Source: an uncultured Candidatus Ruthturnera sp.
GTDB lineage: Bacteria > Pseudomonadota > Gammaproteobacteria > PS1 > Pseudothioglobaceae
Assembly (NCBI GenBank): GCA_964448305.1
Contig: CAYUWB010000001.1
Span: 11,704-75,703, forward strand
Direction of reading: 5' to 3'
DNA length: 64,000 bases
The notes below the pieces were generated by a model. The model saw only the letters and a list, made by a program, of their open reading frames with translations. It was not told where the DNA came from and searched no databases. Made by a program: the position numbers and the translations under genes. Every line of letters starts with the position of its first letter. Within the stretch, counting starts at the first letter, position 1. Positions 18,544-28,639 of this stretch are shown here, piece after piece.

Positions 18544-19239
18544 ATGAAAGATATCAGGGTTGAAGACAGGTTAATTTTTGCATTGGATGTGCCGGAAGTT
18601 GAGCAAGCCAAAGATTTGGTGAACCAACTAGACGACAGTGTCACCTTTTATAAAATTGGCATGGAAATGTTAATGACTGGTCAGTATTTTCAATTGATGG
18701 ACTGGCTCATTGCCAAAGATAAAAAAGTCTTTGTCGATCTTAAATTTTTTGACGTACCAGAAACCGTTGGTCGCACCATTAATCGTTTAAGTCAATACGG
18801 CGCAACGTTTGCCACCATTCATGGCAACCAAGCGTTGATGGAAAAAGCGGCTGAAAATAAAGGTGATCTTAAAATTTTAGCGGTAACCGCATTAACAAGT
18901 TTAGATCGTGGTGATCTTGATGATTTAGGTTTTGATTGCGATGTGCAAGACTTGGTTATCTCTCGCGCAAAACGCGCCTTTGAAGCGGGCTGTGATGGTG
19001 TGGTGTCTTCAGGCCTTGAAGTGCCATTTTTAAGAGAGTATGTTGATAACAAGCTGATTGCGGTTACACCGGGTATTCGCCCAGTAGCGAATGACGATGA
19101 TCAAAAACGCGTGGTTGATGTGGCAACTGCCTTTAAATCAGGTTCTGATTATATTGTGGTCGGTCGACCGATTAAAAATGCGGATGATCCATACGCAGCT
19201 GCTAGCAATATTCAAGAAATTATCAAAACTTGTTTCTAG
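18544..19239 (+). CDS. pyrF: Orotidine-5'-phosphate decarboxylase
   Basis: LIFALDV..., FVDLKFFDVPETV and the C-terminal DYIVVGRPI motif. 231 aa. Confidence 0.9.
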   Translation: MKDIRVEDRLIFALDVPEVEQAKDLVNQLDDSVTFYKIGMEMLMTGQYFQLMDWLIAKDKKVFVDLKFFDVPETVGRTINRLSQYGATFATIHGNQALMEKAAENKGDLKILAVTALTSLDRGDLDDLGFDCDVQDLVISRAKRAFEAGCDGVVSSGLEVPFLREYVDNKLIAVTPGIRPVANDDDQKRVVDVATAFKSGSDYIVVGRPIKNADDPYAAASNIQEIIKTCF

Positions 19240-19306
19240 TACTTGTACCCCTTGCGGGTATAATTTCCCTCGTTGTTAATTATCCACTGTCAATTTTCAA
19301 CTCAAT

Positions 19307-19383
19307 AGTCGCGTAACTCAGTTGGTTAGAGTGCCAGCATGACATGCTGGAAGTCGTCAGTTCAAATCTGACCGTGACTACCA
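19307..19383 (+). tRNA. tRNA-Val (anticodon GAC)
   Basis: 77-nt cloverleaf AGTCGCG/TA/ACTC-AGTTGGTTA-GAGT/G/CCAGC-AT[GAC]AT-GCTGG/AAGTC/GTCAG-TTCAAAT-CTGAC/CGTGACT/A/CCA. Confidence 0.9.
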
Positions 19384-19424
19384 AAACTTTCAATTATTCC
19401 CACTTCTCGTATACAATTTACGTC

Positions 19425-20480
19425 ATGAGATTATTGTTGTTATTTTTATTATTTAGTCATACTGTATTAGCAGACGCAGAACTTTACGAGCGTGGCAAGT
19501 CGTATTATTATGGCGAGGGTGTTGAGCAGGATTTTGATAAAGCTTTTAGTGCATTTTCACATGCGGCCAAGGTTGGAAATGCCCAGGCTCAGAGAGCTTT
19601 AGGTTTGATGTATATTAAAGGCGAAGGCACAAATCAAAGTGATCAGAAAGGTATTAATTTATTAAAAAAATCTGCTGATAGGGGTAATGCTAAAGCGCAA
19701 TACAATTTAGGCAGTATGTATTATCTTGGGATCGGCGTTAAGCGCGATTTAAAAACTGCGCATCAATGGATTAAAAAATCAGCCAAACAAGGTGACGCAG
19801 ATGCGCAGCAAAATTTAGCTTTGATGTATGAGCAGGGCAAAGGCACTAAGAAGAACCCAATATTGGCTAATAAGTGGCATTTAGAGTCAGCCAAGTCTGG
19901 TAATAATGAAGAGCAGTATCGCTTAGCAAAGGCTTATCTTGATTCTGAAGATTATAATCAAGCCTTTATTTGGTTATTAAAATCTGCTAAGCAAGATAAT
20001 GCACAAGCACAACATCAGCTTGGGCGCTTGTTTACAAAAGGCCAAGGTGTGCCACGTGACCATGATCAAGCTTTTGACTGGTACCAACAATCTGTTAACA
20101 ATGGCAATGATAATTTAGTTTATACCTTGGCAGGGCTTTATGATCAAGGACTGGGGGTTAAGAAAGATTATCAACAATCACATCGATTGTATCAAAAAGC
20201 TTTAAAGCAAGGCAATTTAGATGCTTATGCAGACATTGCCAGACATTATGAAAAAGGCCAGGGCGTTAAGAAAGACCTTAACAAAGCGTACAGCTTTACG
20301 ATTGCTGCTGCAAGAAAAGGTCATAGCGATTCCCAGCGCAGAGTAGTGCGAATGTATGAACAAGGCCTAGGTGTAAAAAAATCAGTAAAAAAAGCCAAGT
20401 ACTGGCTAAAAAGACTGATCAAGAAAGGTGATAAAACAGCCAAGAGAGATCTAAAGAGACTTGTGCATAAATATGAATAA
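19425..20480 (+). CDS. Secreted Sel1-repeat protein (~9 repeats)
   Basis: Signal peptide MRLLLLFLLFSHTVLADA, followed by ~36-aa Sel1 units such as AQRALGLMYIKGEG, AQYNLGSMYYLGIG, AQQNLALMYEQGKG and AQHQLGRLFTKGQG. The ORF-track start at 19344 was rejected because it lies inside tRNA-Val. Confidence 0.8.
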   Translation: MRLLLLFLLFSHTVLADAELYERGKSYYYGEGVEQDFDKAFSAFSHAAKVGNAQAQRALGLMYIKGEGTNQSDQKGINLLKKSADRGNAKAQYNLGSMYYLGIGVKRDLKTAHQWIKKSAKQGDADAQQNLALMYEQGKGTKKNPILANKWHLESAKSGNNEEQYRLAKAYLDSEDYNQAFIWLLKSAKQDNAQAQHQLGRLFTKGQGVPRDHDQAFDWYQQSVNNGNDNLVYTLAGLYDQGLGVKKDYQQSHRLYQKALKQGNLDAYADIARHYEKGQGVKKDLNKAYSFTIAAARKGHSDSQRRVVRMYEQGLGVKKSVKKAKYWLKRLIKKGDKTAKRDLKRLVHKYE

Positions 20481-20625
20481 TCATCAAACGCCCAATTTTC
20501 ACTAACTTGGCAATTTCTTAAACCCAGCCTTAGCCCTGCTAGGACAAGGTTTAAGAAAATCACCGATTCAGCAAAAATTGAATTTTGCTAATCACCCATA
20601 TTTATGCAAAAGCCTCTTAAAGAGA

Positions 20626-21042
20626 TTACAAAAAAGGTAGAAATCTTCCGGTTTTGTTTTTGTAGTTTGAGTAGGTTGTAAAGCGCTCACTGAGTAATTT
20701 TTCTTCTACATTTGATTTGAGTATGAGATCAACCAATAAAACAAACATGACAATTGTTGCTTGATTGTTATTAATGGTTAAAGCGCAAGCTAGGCAAAAC
20801 AGTAATACACTGGTATACATTGGGTGTCGGATAAATCGATAGATGCCGTGTGTTACAAGCTGATGCTTGTCTTTTAATGTAGGGACGATATTAAGGTTGT
20901 TAAGTTTCATATTAATAACTGCCATTAATCCAAGCGCAATTGAGAGCGCAATGAGCGTGGTGCTTGCTATATTTAAATGCTCGAATCGTGCATTAATAAT
21001 CAGATAAATAATACAGCCAAATTGAATAACAACGTAAATCAT
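20626..21042 (-). CDS. Isoprenylcysteine carboxyl methyltransferase (ICMT/PEMT) family membrane protein
   Basis: THGIYRFIRHPMYTSVLL motif and EEKLLSERF. 138 aa, 4 TM helices. Confidence 0.7.
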   Translation of the reverse strand: MIYVVIQFGCIIYLIINARFEHLNIASTTLIALSIALGLMAVINMKLNNLNIVPTLKDKHQLVTHGIYRFIRHPMYTSVLLFCLACALTINNNQATIVMFVLLVDLILKSNVEEKLLSERFTTYSNYKNKTGRFLPFL

Positions 21043-21096
21043 CAGTAGCTTGGGTAGTTATAATAGGCTTATTATCTCATTATTTTGAATTTAAAC

Positions 21097-22296
21097 ATGC
21101 AAACTCCGTACGATATAGTCATTATTGGTGGTGGTCCAGCAGGACTTAGTTTTGCCGCCTCGATGATAGCGGCTGATGTAAACGTTCTGGTGGTAGAGAA
21201 GTCTAATACGGATGCGATTGCCAACCCTAAGCCCGATGGTAGAGAGATAGCGCTGACACATTTATCACTTAAAATTTTAAAAAAACTTGGTGTTTGGGAT
21301 TTGGTTAATCAAGCAGAAGTCGCACCCCTACGAGAAGCAAAAGTTTTTGATGGCGATTCACCTTCGTTACTCAATTTTAAAAGTGATGATTCTTCAATTG
21401 AAGCACTGGGTTACTTGGTGCCTAATTATCAAATTAGGCAAGCACTCTATCAGCGTGTTAGTCAAGCGGACAATATCACCATTAAAACAGATTCAATGGT
21501 AGATGATGTTGAATACTGTGAAACACATTCAAAAGTATTATTTGCTGATGGCGATCAAATTGAGACAAAACTAGTCATTGCGGCGGATAGTCGTTTTTCA
21601 AATATTCGTCGAAAGATGGGGATACCCGCATTGATGAAAGATTTTTCTAAAGTTATGATTGTTACCAAAATGGCGCATGAAAAAACACATAATAATGTTG
21701 CCTTAGAGTGTTTCGATTATGGGCAAACATTAGCCTTACTACCAATGGTTGGTAATGCGTCCTCTGTTGTTTTAACGGTTACTACTGATAAAGCCCAGTC
21801 TATGTTAGACATGTCTGAGGCAGATTTTAATGCCAAGATTACAAAAGATTTTAAAGGTGCATTTGGACAAATGACACAAAGTGGTGAGCGCCACTCTTAT
21901 CCATTAGTGGGTGTGCATGCGCAAACGTTTATTGCTAATCGTTTTGCATTGGTTGGTGATGCGGCTGTTGGTATGCATCCGGTCACAGCACATGGATTTA
22001 ACCTAGGTTTAAGAGGTCAAGATATCTTGGCAACATTAATTAAAGAAGCATTAACGCATGGCCAAGATATTGGCTCAGCCTCACTACTTAAGTTGTTTGA
22101 GAAAAAACACATTAACTTAACTCGACTCATGTTTTTTGGGACCAATGGTATTGTGGCATTGTTTACCAATGATGCGCCAGTGATTAAACAGGTGAGGCGT
22201 TTTGTGCTTAAGTTTGCTGAACATTTTCCACCGATCAAATACTTGATTTCAAATCATCTAACCGAGGCGAAGAAGAGTAAATTTCTTCCTTTTTAA
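21097..22296 (+). CDS. UbiH/UbiF/VisC/COQ6-family FAD-dependent ubiquinone-biosynthesis hydroxylase
   Basis: [16 protein letters not shown] (GxGxxG), [10 protein letters not shown] and [22 protein letters not shown] motifs. Confidence 0.8.
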   Translation: MQTPYDIVIIGGGPAGLSFAASMIAADVNVLVVEKSNTDAIANPKPDGREIALTHLSLKILKKLGVWDLVNQAEVAPLREAKVFDGDSPSLLNFKSDDSSIEALGYLVPNYQIRQALYQRVSQADNITIKTDSMVDDVEYCETHSKVLFADGDQIETKLVIAADSRFSNIRRKMGIPALMKDFSKVMIVTKMAHEKTHNNVALECFDYGQTLALLPMVGNASSVVLTVTTDKAQSMLDMSEADFNAKITKDFKGAFGQMTQSGERHSYPLVGVHAQTFIANRFALVGDAAVGMHPVTAHGFNLGLRGQDILATLIKEALTHGQDIGSASLLKLFEKKHINLTRLMFFGTNGIVALFTNDAPVIKQVRRFVLKFAEHFPPIKYLISNHLTEAKKSKFLPF

Positions 22297-22934
22297 TGAG
22301 TGTTGATCTAATAAAGTTAAGACGTGAATTTACCAGCAATGGCATAACACGTGCCGAGCTTAATGCCAATCCGTTTGTGCAATTTGAAGATTGGATAGAG
22401 CAAGCAACTCAAGCAGGGCTAACCCTGCCAAATGCCATGAGTCTTGCTACAGCAGATAGTGATGAGATCGGCATTAGGACAGTGTTATTAAAATCATTTG
22501 ATGAGCAGGGGTTTGTATTTTTTACCAATTACAACTCTAAGAAATCAAAACAAATAACCGATAATCCAAAAGCAGCTTTATTGTTTCCATGGTTAGACCT
22601 TGAAAGGCAAGTAAAAATTTCAGGTAGGGTTGAAAAGATAGCAACGCTTGATTCTATTAAATACTTTTCTTCACGGCCAAAAGATTCTCAGCTTGGTGCC
22701 TGGGCATCTGATCAATCTTCTGGATTATCTTCTAGACAGGTGTTATTGACTCAGTTTGAATCAATGAAAGCTAAGTTTCATAAAGGTGAGGTGCCGTTGC
22801 CAGATTTTTGGGGTGGTTATCGTGTGGTGCCACACACCATTGAATTTTGGCAGGGTAGAGAAAATCGCCTACATGATCGTTTTGTTTATAAAAAACAAGG
22901 CGACAATTGGACGATAGAGCGTCTAGCGCCGTAA
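22296..22934 (+). CDS. pdxH: Pyridoxamine-5'-phosphate oxidase
   Basis: [12 protein letters not shown]...[17 protein letters not shown] and the C-terminal [17 protein letters not shown]...W..ERLAP. Confidence 0.9.
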   Translation: MSVDLIKLRREFTSNGITRAELNANPFVQFEDWIEQATQAGLTLPNAMSLATADSDEIGIRTVLLKSFDEQGFVFFTNYNSKKSKQITDNPKAALLFPWLDLERQVKISGRVEKIATLDSIKYFSSRPKDSQLGAWASDQSSGLSSRQVLLTQFESMKAKFHKGEVPLPDFWGGYRVVPHTIEFWQGRENRLHDRFVYKKQGDNWTIERLAP

Positions 22935-23729
22935 ATTGTTAATCACTTCTTGGGTGTTAGGCTGTTTTCCAGTCCAAAATTCAAAAGCTGCCGCTGCTTG
23001 TTCAACCAACATACCTAGTCCATCTGTAATCATCTTAGCATGATTGGTTTTTGCCCAATCCATAAATGGGGTTTGTAATCCGTACATTAAGTCATAGCAA
23101 ATTGCACCATTCGCCACACCATTAGCAATAGTTGGCATTTTCCCGTCTAATGAAGCGCTAGTGGCGTTAATAATAACATCAACAGGTGTGTCTTTAATTT
23201 TATCCAAACCGAAACCACAAGTCTTACCATGACTAGAGAATTCTAGCGCTAATTGTTCAGCTTTAGAGGCGGTGCGATTGGCAATCATTAAGCGTTTAGG
23301 ATTTTTCTGTAATAACGGCAATAAGATGCCACGCGTAGCACCACCCGCACCAAGAATCAATAAGGTTTTGTTATTAAGATCAATGTTTAAATTTTTGGAC
23401 AGATCATTAACCAGACCAATACCATCTGTATTTTCACCAATTAATTCATCGCCATTGACTTTAATAGTATTGACCGCACCTGCGGTTTTGGCATTTAAGG
23501 TGAGCTTAGTCGCTAAGTTAAAAGCGTCGATCTTAAAGGGGACTGTAATATTAAAACCTTTAGCGCCTTGAGCAATAAATAATTTTGCACTATGCGCAAA
23601 ATTATTGACGGGCGCTAAGATTTTTTCATACTGAATGTTTAACTCAGTTTGTTTGGCAAACTGAGTATGAATAGTGGGTGATAAGCTATGCTCTATCGGG
23701 TTGCCAAAAACACCATATAGGCCCATCAT
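22923..23729 (-). CDS. aroE: Shikimate dehydrogenase
   Basis: [27 protein letters not shown] and [11 protein letters not shown] motifs. Its start overlaps the rne stop (TAATG). Confidence 0.9.
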   Translation of the reverse strand: MMGLYGVFGNPIEHSLSPTIHTQFAKQTELNIQYEKILAPVNNFAHSAKLFIAQGAKGFNITVPFKIDAFNLATKLTLNAKTAGAVNTIKVNGDELIGENTDGIGLVNDLSKNLNIDLNNKTLLILGAGGATRGILLPLLQKNPKRLMIANRTASKAEQLALEFSSHGKTCGFGLDKIKDTPVDVIINATSASLDGKMPTIANGVANGAICYDLMYGLQTPFMDWAKTNHAKMITDGLGMLVEQAAAAFEFWTGKQPNTQEVINNLRR

Positions 23730-25702
23730 TAAGCGACGTTTTCAGTTTTAGATTTTGACTCTGCCTTAGGCTTTGCTTCAGGTTTTGGCTTTTGTTGAGC
23801 TTTATCTTGCGGTTTAGCCTTATCCTGAGGTTTATTTTGTTCTTTTTGACTCTTGTTATTTTGAGGCTTTTTCTTTGTCTGTGGTTTTGGCTTTTGTTGT
23901 TGCTTGTTTTGTGGGCGCTGATTTTTGTTTTGAGCGCCTCCATTTCCTTGATTTTTATTACGATTCCTATTGCGGTTTCGATTACGATTCCTATTGCGGT
24001 TTCGATTGTTTTGGTTTGGGCGCTTTTTGTTAGGCTTCTTTTTCTTAGTGCCAAACAATGCCTTTTTAATTTTTTCAATTAATGAGAGTTGTTTTTTCTC
24101 AGGGACACGCGTATCTGGTCGATTCATATTAACTGCCGGCTCTTCAGCTGCATCAGCTAAACCATTTTCAGCCAAGGTGTGTTGTGGTTTAGAAATACCC
24201 TGATAGCTCTTGTGCTGTGATTTTTTATCACCTTTTTGTTTGTTAATACTAAAGTTAGGGAACTGCATGTAAGGGTTAGGCAATAGCGTGATTTTTATTC
24301 CATGCTTTTGTTCCAATCTGGCAATATCAATACGTTTTTCATTGAGTAAATAAGTAACAACGTCGACACTAGATTGAATCGTTAGACGCTGTGTTTGATT
24401 GGAGGCATTACAGCCGTCTTCTAGTTGCCTAAGTATGGTTAATGCCAAACTTGGTACAGTAGGCGTTGTTCCACTACCATGACATTGAGGGCAAGATTTT
24501 TCTACTGATTCAGTAATAGAACTCATTAAGCGCTGTCTTGACATTTCAAGCAAGCCGAATTTTGAAATTGTGCCAATTTGGATACGTGCACGATCTGAAT
24601 TTGTGGCCTTCTCCATGGCTTTTTCAATTGATTTTCGGTGTTCTTCAGAAGCCATATCAATAAAGTCAATCACAACCAAGCCACCAATATCTCGTAGTTG
24701 TAGCTGGATAGCGATTTCTTTCGCAGCTTCTAAATTGGTATGGTAGGCGGTCTCTTCAATATCAGAGCCTTTAGTTGCACGAGCAGAGTTGATATCAATT
24801 GCTGTTAGAGCTTCAGTTGGGTCAAAGACAATAGTGGCACCTGTGCGTAGAGATACTTCTCGATTAAAGACACTTTTAACTTGATTTTCAACACCCATAT
24901 GGTTAAACAAAGAGTGTTCAGAAACATCGAATAATTTAATACGATCTAAGTAGTGAGGTAGAACAAAACTAACAAATTCTTTAGCATTTTGAAAAGTTTC
25001 TAAATCATCAATAATGACACTATCTGTATCTTCACGAAGATAGTCCCTTAGTGTGCGAATAATAATGTCACTTTCTTGATAAATTAAGAAAGGTGCTGAA
25101 CGTTTTTTTGCAGCGTTGTTAATTGAACTCCATAACTCTGACAAGTAATCAACTTCCCATTGTAATTCTTCTAAAGTCTTTCCAGATCCAGCTGTTCGAA
25201 TGATTAGTCCAGAGTTGTCTGGCATGGTAATTTGTTGAATAACCTCTTTTAATGATTGTCTATCTGATGACGTTATCTGACGTGAAATACCATGACTTTT
25301 TGCATTATTTGGCGTTAAGATCATGTAAGCGCCAGCTAAGTTAATATAGGTGCTTAGTGCTGCGCCTTTGTTGCCACGTTCTTCTTTTTCAACTTGGACA
25401 ATAATTTCTTGCCCTTCCTTCAAAACGTCAGAAATAGTGAGTTTATCGCCTTTGGCTTTTGCGCCATTGTAGAGGCTTTCTGCTACTTCTTTAAACGGTA
25501 GGAAGCCTTGTCTTTCTTTGCCGTAGTCAACGAAAGCAGCTTCTAAAGATTGCTCAACTCGAGAGATTTTACCTTTGTAAATATTGCCTTTATTCTTTTG
25601 ATTAAGGCTGGTTTCTATATTGAGATCAGTGAGTTTTTTGTTCTTGACAATGGCAACTCGGATCTCTTCTTTGTGAGTTGCATTGATTAAAATATGGTTC
25701 AT
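23729..25702 (-). CDS. rne: Ribonuclease E (short form, RNase E/G family) with basic low-complexity tail
   Basis: MNHILINATHKEEIRVAIV... with an S1 domain and the catalytic core (DIGGLVVIDFIDM). Zn-link CPQCHGSG, amphipathic LSLIEKIKKALFG and an (NR)8 + KPKPQ-type tail. 657 aa. Confidence 0.85.
   Translation of the reverse strand: MNHILINATHKEEIRVAIVKNKKLTDLNIETSLNQKNKGNIYKGKISRVEQSLEAAFVDYGKERQGFLPFKEVAESLYNGAKAKGDKLTISDVLKEGQEIIVQVEKEERGNKGAALSTYINLAGAYMILTPNNAKSHGISRQITSSDRQSLKEVIQQITMPDNSGLIIRTAGSGKTLEELQWEVDYLSELWSSINNAAKKRSAPFLIYQESDIIIRTLRDYLREDTDSVIIDDLETFQNAKEFVSFVLPHYLDRIKLFDVSEHSLFNHMGVENQVKSVFNREVSLRTGATIVFDPTEALTAIDINSARATKGSDIEETAYHTNLEAAKEIAIQLQLRDIGGLVVIDFIDMASEEHRKSIEKAMEKATNSDRARIQIGTISKFGLLEMSRQRLMSSITESVEKSCPQCHGSGTTPTVPSLALTILRQLEDGCNASNQTQRLTIQSSVDVVTYLLNEKRIDIARLEQKHGIKITLLPNPYMQFPNFSINKQKGDKKSQHKSYQGISKPQHTLAENGLADAAEEPAVNMNRPDTRVPEKKQLSLIEKIKKALFGTKKKKPNKKRPNQNNRNRNRNRNRNRNRNRNKNQGNGGAQNKNQRPQNKQQQKPKPQTKKKPQNNKSQKEQNKPQDKAKPQDKAQQKPKPEAKPKAESKSKTENVA
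23957..24007. repeat. Tandem 24-nt direct repeat (2.1 copies) inside the rne tail
   Basis: ATTACGATTCCTATTGCGGTTTCG occurs at 23957-23980 and again at 23981-24004, then ATT. It encodes NRNRNRNR x2 on the minus strand. Confidence 0.9.
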
Positions 25703-26013
25703 GGTTTAGTCCTATTGATGGACTTTTTTTCACGTATAGAGGTTCAACACAAGTGTGCTGAATTGACATTAAATTGTGATTTATTTGATTCATAAATGAC
25801 TCAAAAACCTATTCCTTAAAGGGTTTTCTCCCTTTTCTAATTATTATCAACAATGATAATAAATGATTGTATTTACTCTATATGTGGCAAAAAAAAGCCC
25901 AAAATATTTGTCGTAGTTTTTGTGGTATTTTGTCTAGTACAAAAACATTTAAAAAAATTCTTTAGCTGATGTATCTTAAAACATCAAGCGACTTAATTAT
26001 ATCACAAAAAGTT
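25703..26013 (-). promoter_or_regulatory. Long (311-nt) AT-rich leader/promoter region upstream of rne
   Basis: There is no credible ORF between the folM-like stop and the rne start. The E. coli rne 5' UTR is long and autoregulatory. The structure here was not resolved. Confidence 0.3.
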
Positions 26014-26733
26014 TTACTGATTTAATGTTCGGCCACCGTCGACGTTAATAATTTGTCCGGTGATGTAGGGTGAGTTGGCTAAAAATAAAACCGTATTGGC
26101 AATATCGGTTACGTCACCTTGTTTGTCTAAGGCGATTTTATCTAGCATTTTATTTTTTTGTTCATCAGTTAGTTCCGCTTCATTTTCTGGCCAAAGAATA
26201 GAGCCAGGAGAAACACCACAAACGCGAATGCTGGGTGCTAGTTCTTTGGCTAGTGTTTTGGTCATCATGGCAATGCCGGCTTTAGAAATATTATAAATCG
26301 CATGATTTTTGAGTGGACGCTGGGCGTGAATATCAACAATATTAATAATGCAGCCCGACGTTTTATTTAAAGCACCTACTAATGACTGAGACAGAAAGAA
26401 GGGCGCCATAACATTGGTGTTCATTAGATTATTCCAATCATCTGTTGTCGCTTTTTCAATCGGTGTTGGATAAAAAACAGAAGCATTGTTAACCAAAACA
26501 TCCAATTGTTCAATACGACGACCTAATGCTTGAATATCATTAAGATCAGATAATTCTGCTTGAATAATGCTTGCTGAGTTATCACGTCGAGTGTTTAGTT
26601 CTTCAGCAAGCGCTTTAGCGGCTTGCTTTGAATGTCGATAGTGAATAATGATGTTATAACCATCATTGTGCAATGTTTGTGCGATTTGTGCGCCAATACG
26701 TTGCGCACCGCCGGTGATTAATGCTGTTTTCAT
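26014..26733 (-). CDS. Pteridine reductase / FolM-like short-chain dehydrogenase
   Basis: ALITGGAQRIGAQIA (TGxxxRIG), NNAS and YNISKAG (YxxxK). 239 aa. Confidence 0.75.
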   Translation of the reverse strand: MKTALITGGAQRIGAQIAQTLHNDGYNIIIHYRHSKQAAKALAEELNTRRDNSASIIQAELSDLNDIQALGRRIEQLDVLVNNASVFYPTPIEKATTDDWNNLMNTNVMAPFFLSQSLVGALNKTSGCIINIVDIHAQRPLKNHAIYNISKAGIAMMTKTLAKELAPSIRVCGVSPGSILWPENEAELTDEQKNKMLDKIALDKQGDVTDIANTVLFLANSPYITGQIINVDGGRTLNQ

Positions 26734-27842
26734 ATAAAATAGTTTTTGTGACTTTAGAACAAATAATCAAAAACACCATTATACAAAAAGCCAAGCCTAT
26801 AGGTTTCGATGAATTTATGGATTTAGCATTGTATTATCCAGCACAAGGTTATTATAGTGGTGGTGCACAGAAATTTGGTGAGCAAGGAGATTTTATTACC
26901 GCACCAGAGACTTCAGATTTGTTTGGATTTTGTTTGGCACGTCAATGCGCACAGGTACTTGAAGGAAGTGATGATATTTTAGAGTTTGGCGCAGGCAGCG
27001 GTGTGTTAGCAACGCAAATTTTATTTGAGTTGGGTCGATTGAATAATTTGCCAAAAAAATATTATATTCTCGAACTTAGCGCTGAACTCAAACAACGACA
27101 ACAAGAAACAATATCTAAAGTCTTGCCAGAACTGCTGGATAGAGTGGTGTGGCTAAACGCACTACCTGAGCATTTTTCAGGTGTGGTGATTGCTAATGAA
27201 GTGCTAGATGCAATGCCAGCAAAACGCTTAATTAAAAAGCAAGATGGCTTTACCGAGCTGGGCGTAGATTGCAAAGATGATCAGTTGCAATGGAAAATGT
27301 CTGACCAGCTTTATATTAATGATAAAGTATTGCTGCCCAATGAAGTTGAGCAAGGTTATACCACTGAGGTAAATCTCAGAGCGATGGCTTGGGTAGAGTC
27401 ATTAAGCGATATTGTTGATCAGGGATTGGTGTTATTAATTGATTATGGCATGGCTCGAGATGAATATTTTCATCCTCAGCGTGGTGAAGGCACACTTCGA
27501 TGTTATTATCAGCATAAAGCTAGCGACGATCCTTTTGTCCATGTGGGTGAGCAAGATATTACGACTTCGGTTAATTTTTCAGATATAGCCGATCAAGCGC
27601 AACAAAGTGGCTTTGATATTAATGGCTATGCCACACAAGCAATGTTCTTAATATCGTTAGGGATTGACGAATATTTATTAGCTGAAACTGATGAAAATAG
27701 ACGCATTACACTCGCACAACAAATTAAACAACTGGTTTTACCTAATGCGATGGGTGAGAGTTTTAAGGTGTTAGCATTAACAAAAAAACTATCGGTAAAA
27801 TTAAAAGGATTTGGCGAACAAGATTTAACGCATAAGTTGTAA
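26721..27842 (+). CDS. SAM-dependent methyltransferase, MidA/NDUFAF7 (DUF185) family
   Basis: DFITAPETSDLFG and ILEFGAGSGVLA motifs. The start is uncertain: ATG 26721 overlaps the divergent folM-like start, and GTG 26748 is the alternative. Confidence 0.7.
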   Translation: MLFSYKIVFVTLEQIIKNTIIQKAKPIGFDEFMDLALYYPAQGYYSGGAQKFGEQGDFITAPETSDLFGFCLARQCAQVLEGSDDILEFGAGSGVLATQILFELGRLNNLPKKYYILELSAELKQRQQETISKVLPELLDRVVWLNALPEHFSGVVIANEVLDAMPAKRLIKKQDGFTELGVDCKDDQLQWKMSDQLYINDKVLLPNEVEQGYTTEVNLRAMAWVESLSDIVDQGLVLLIDYGMARDEYFHPQRGEGTLRCYYQHKASDDPFVHVGEQDITTSVNFSDIADQAQQSGFDINGYATQAMFLISLGIDEYLLAETDENRRITLAQQIKQLVLPNAMGESFKVLALTKKLSVKLKGFGEQDLTHKL

Positions 27843-27844
27843 TC

Positions 27845-28639
27845 ATGGATATTTTTCAAACAATCGTATTGGCATTAGTTCAGGGGTTAAGTGAGTTTCT
27901 ACCCATTTCTTCGTCAGCACATTTAATCTTAGTGCCAAAATTGACTGATTGGCCTGACCAAGGTTTAGCGTTTGATGTGGTGGTTCATTTGGGCACACTC
28001 AGCGCTATTGTGTTTTACTATCGATTGATTATTAAAACTTTAGTGTCCGATTTCTTTTATTCTGTTGTTAAAGTAAAAACAGTGGGTGAGTCTAAATTAG
28101 CATGGGGAATATTGTTAGGAACGATTCCAGTAGGTTTGGTAGGCTTAGCATTTAAAGATACGATTGAGTTAACTCTGAGATCAACTGAAGTTATTGCGTA
28201 TGCAACTTTAGTATTTGGTTTATTATTGGGTTTAGGTGTTTGGGCGAATAACAAAAGACCATCAACCAGAAAAAATATTGGTTGGATAGACGTTGGTTTT
28301 ATTGGTAGTATGCAAGCATTAGCACTTATTCCAGGCACATCGCGTTCTGGTATTACTATTACTGCAGGGTTGTTGATTGGTTTGTCTAAACAGATGTCGA
28401 CCCAATTTGCATTTTTATTGTCTATTCCTGTGATTACACTTTCAGCCATGTTAATGATTTTTGATTTATATCAACAACCACAATCAGCTGATTGGTTTAT
28501 GTTGATATTGGGTTTTTTAATTGCAGCTGTTAGTGCTTATTTTACGGTTGTGTTTTTTATTAAATTATTAGACAGTATTGGGCTGATGCCTTTTGTTGTT
28601 TATCGATTAATTTTAGGAGTGGTGTTATTAGTACTATAG
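27845..28639 (+). CDS. uppP: Undecaprenyl-diphosphate phosphatase
   Basis: GLSEFLPISSSAHL and IPGTSRSGITI motifs. 264 aa, 8 TM helices. Confidence 0.9.
   Translation: MDIFQTIVLALVQGLSEFLPISSSAHLILVPKLTDWPDQGLAFDVVVHLGTLSAIVFYYRLIIKTLVSDFFYSVVKVKTVGESKLAWGILLGTIPVGLVGLAFKDTIELTLRSTEVIAYATLVFGLLLGLGVWANNKRPSTRKNIGWIDVGFIGSMQALALIPGTSRSGITITAGLLIGLSKQMSTQFAFLLSIPVITLSAMLMIFDLYQQPQSADWFMLILGFLIAAVSAYFTVVFFIKLLDSIGLMPFVVYRLILGVVLLVL

Noticed and set aside
19344-19424. ORF-track N-terminal extension of the large Sel1 protein
   Set aside because: The extension starts inside tRNA-Val (19307-19383). The internal ATG at 19425 gives a canonical signal peptide.
23957-24007. Tandem 24-nt repeat that could superficially suggest a CRISPR-like or minisatellite element
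   Set aside because: There are only ~2 contiguous copies with no spacers. The repeat lies in frame inside the rne coding sequence, where it encodes the NR repeat. It is a coding low-complexity tract, not a CRISPR array.
23686-24203. Alternative-frame ORFs across the rne tail (23686-24078 minus, 23792-24082 plus, 23970-24203 plus)
   Set aside because: They are artefacts of the low-complexity, stop-poor repeat DNA. The rne frame is continuous with the conserved catalytic domain.
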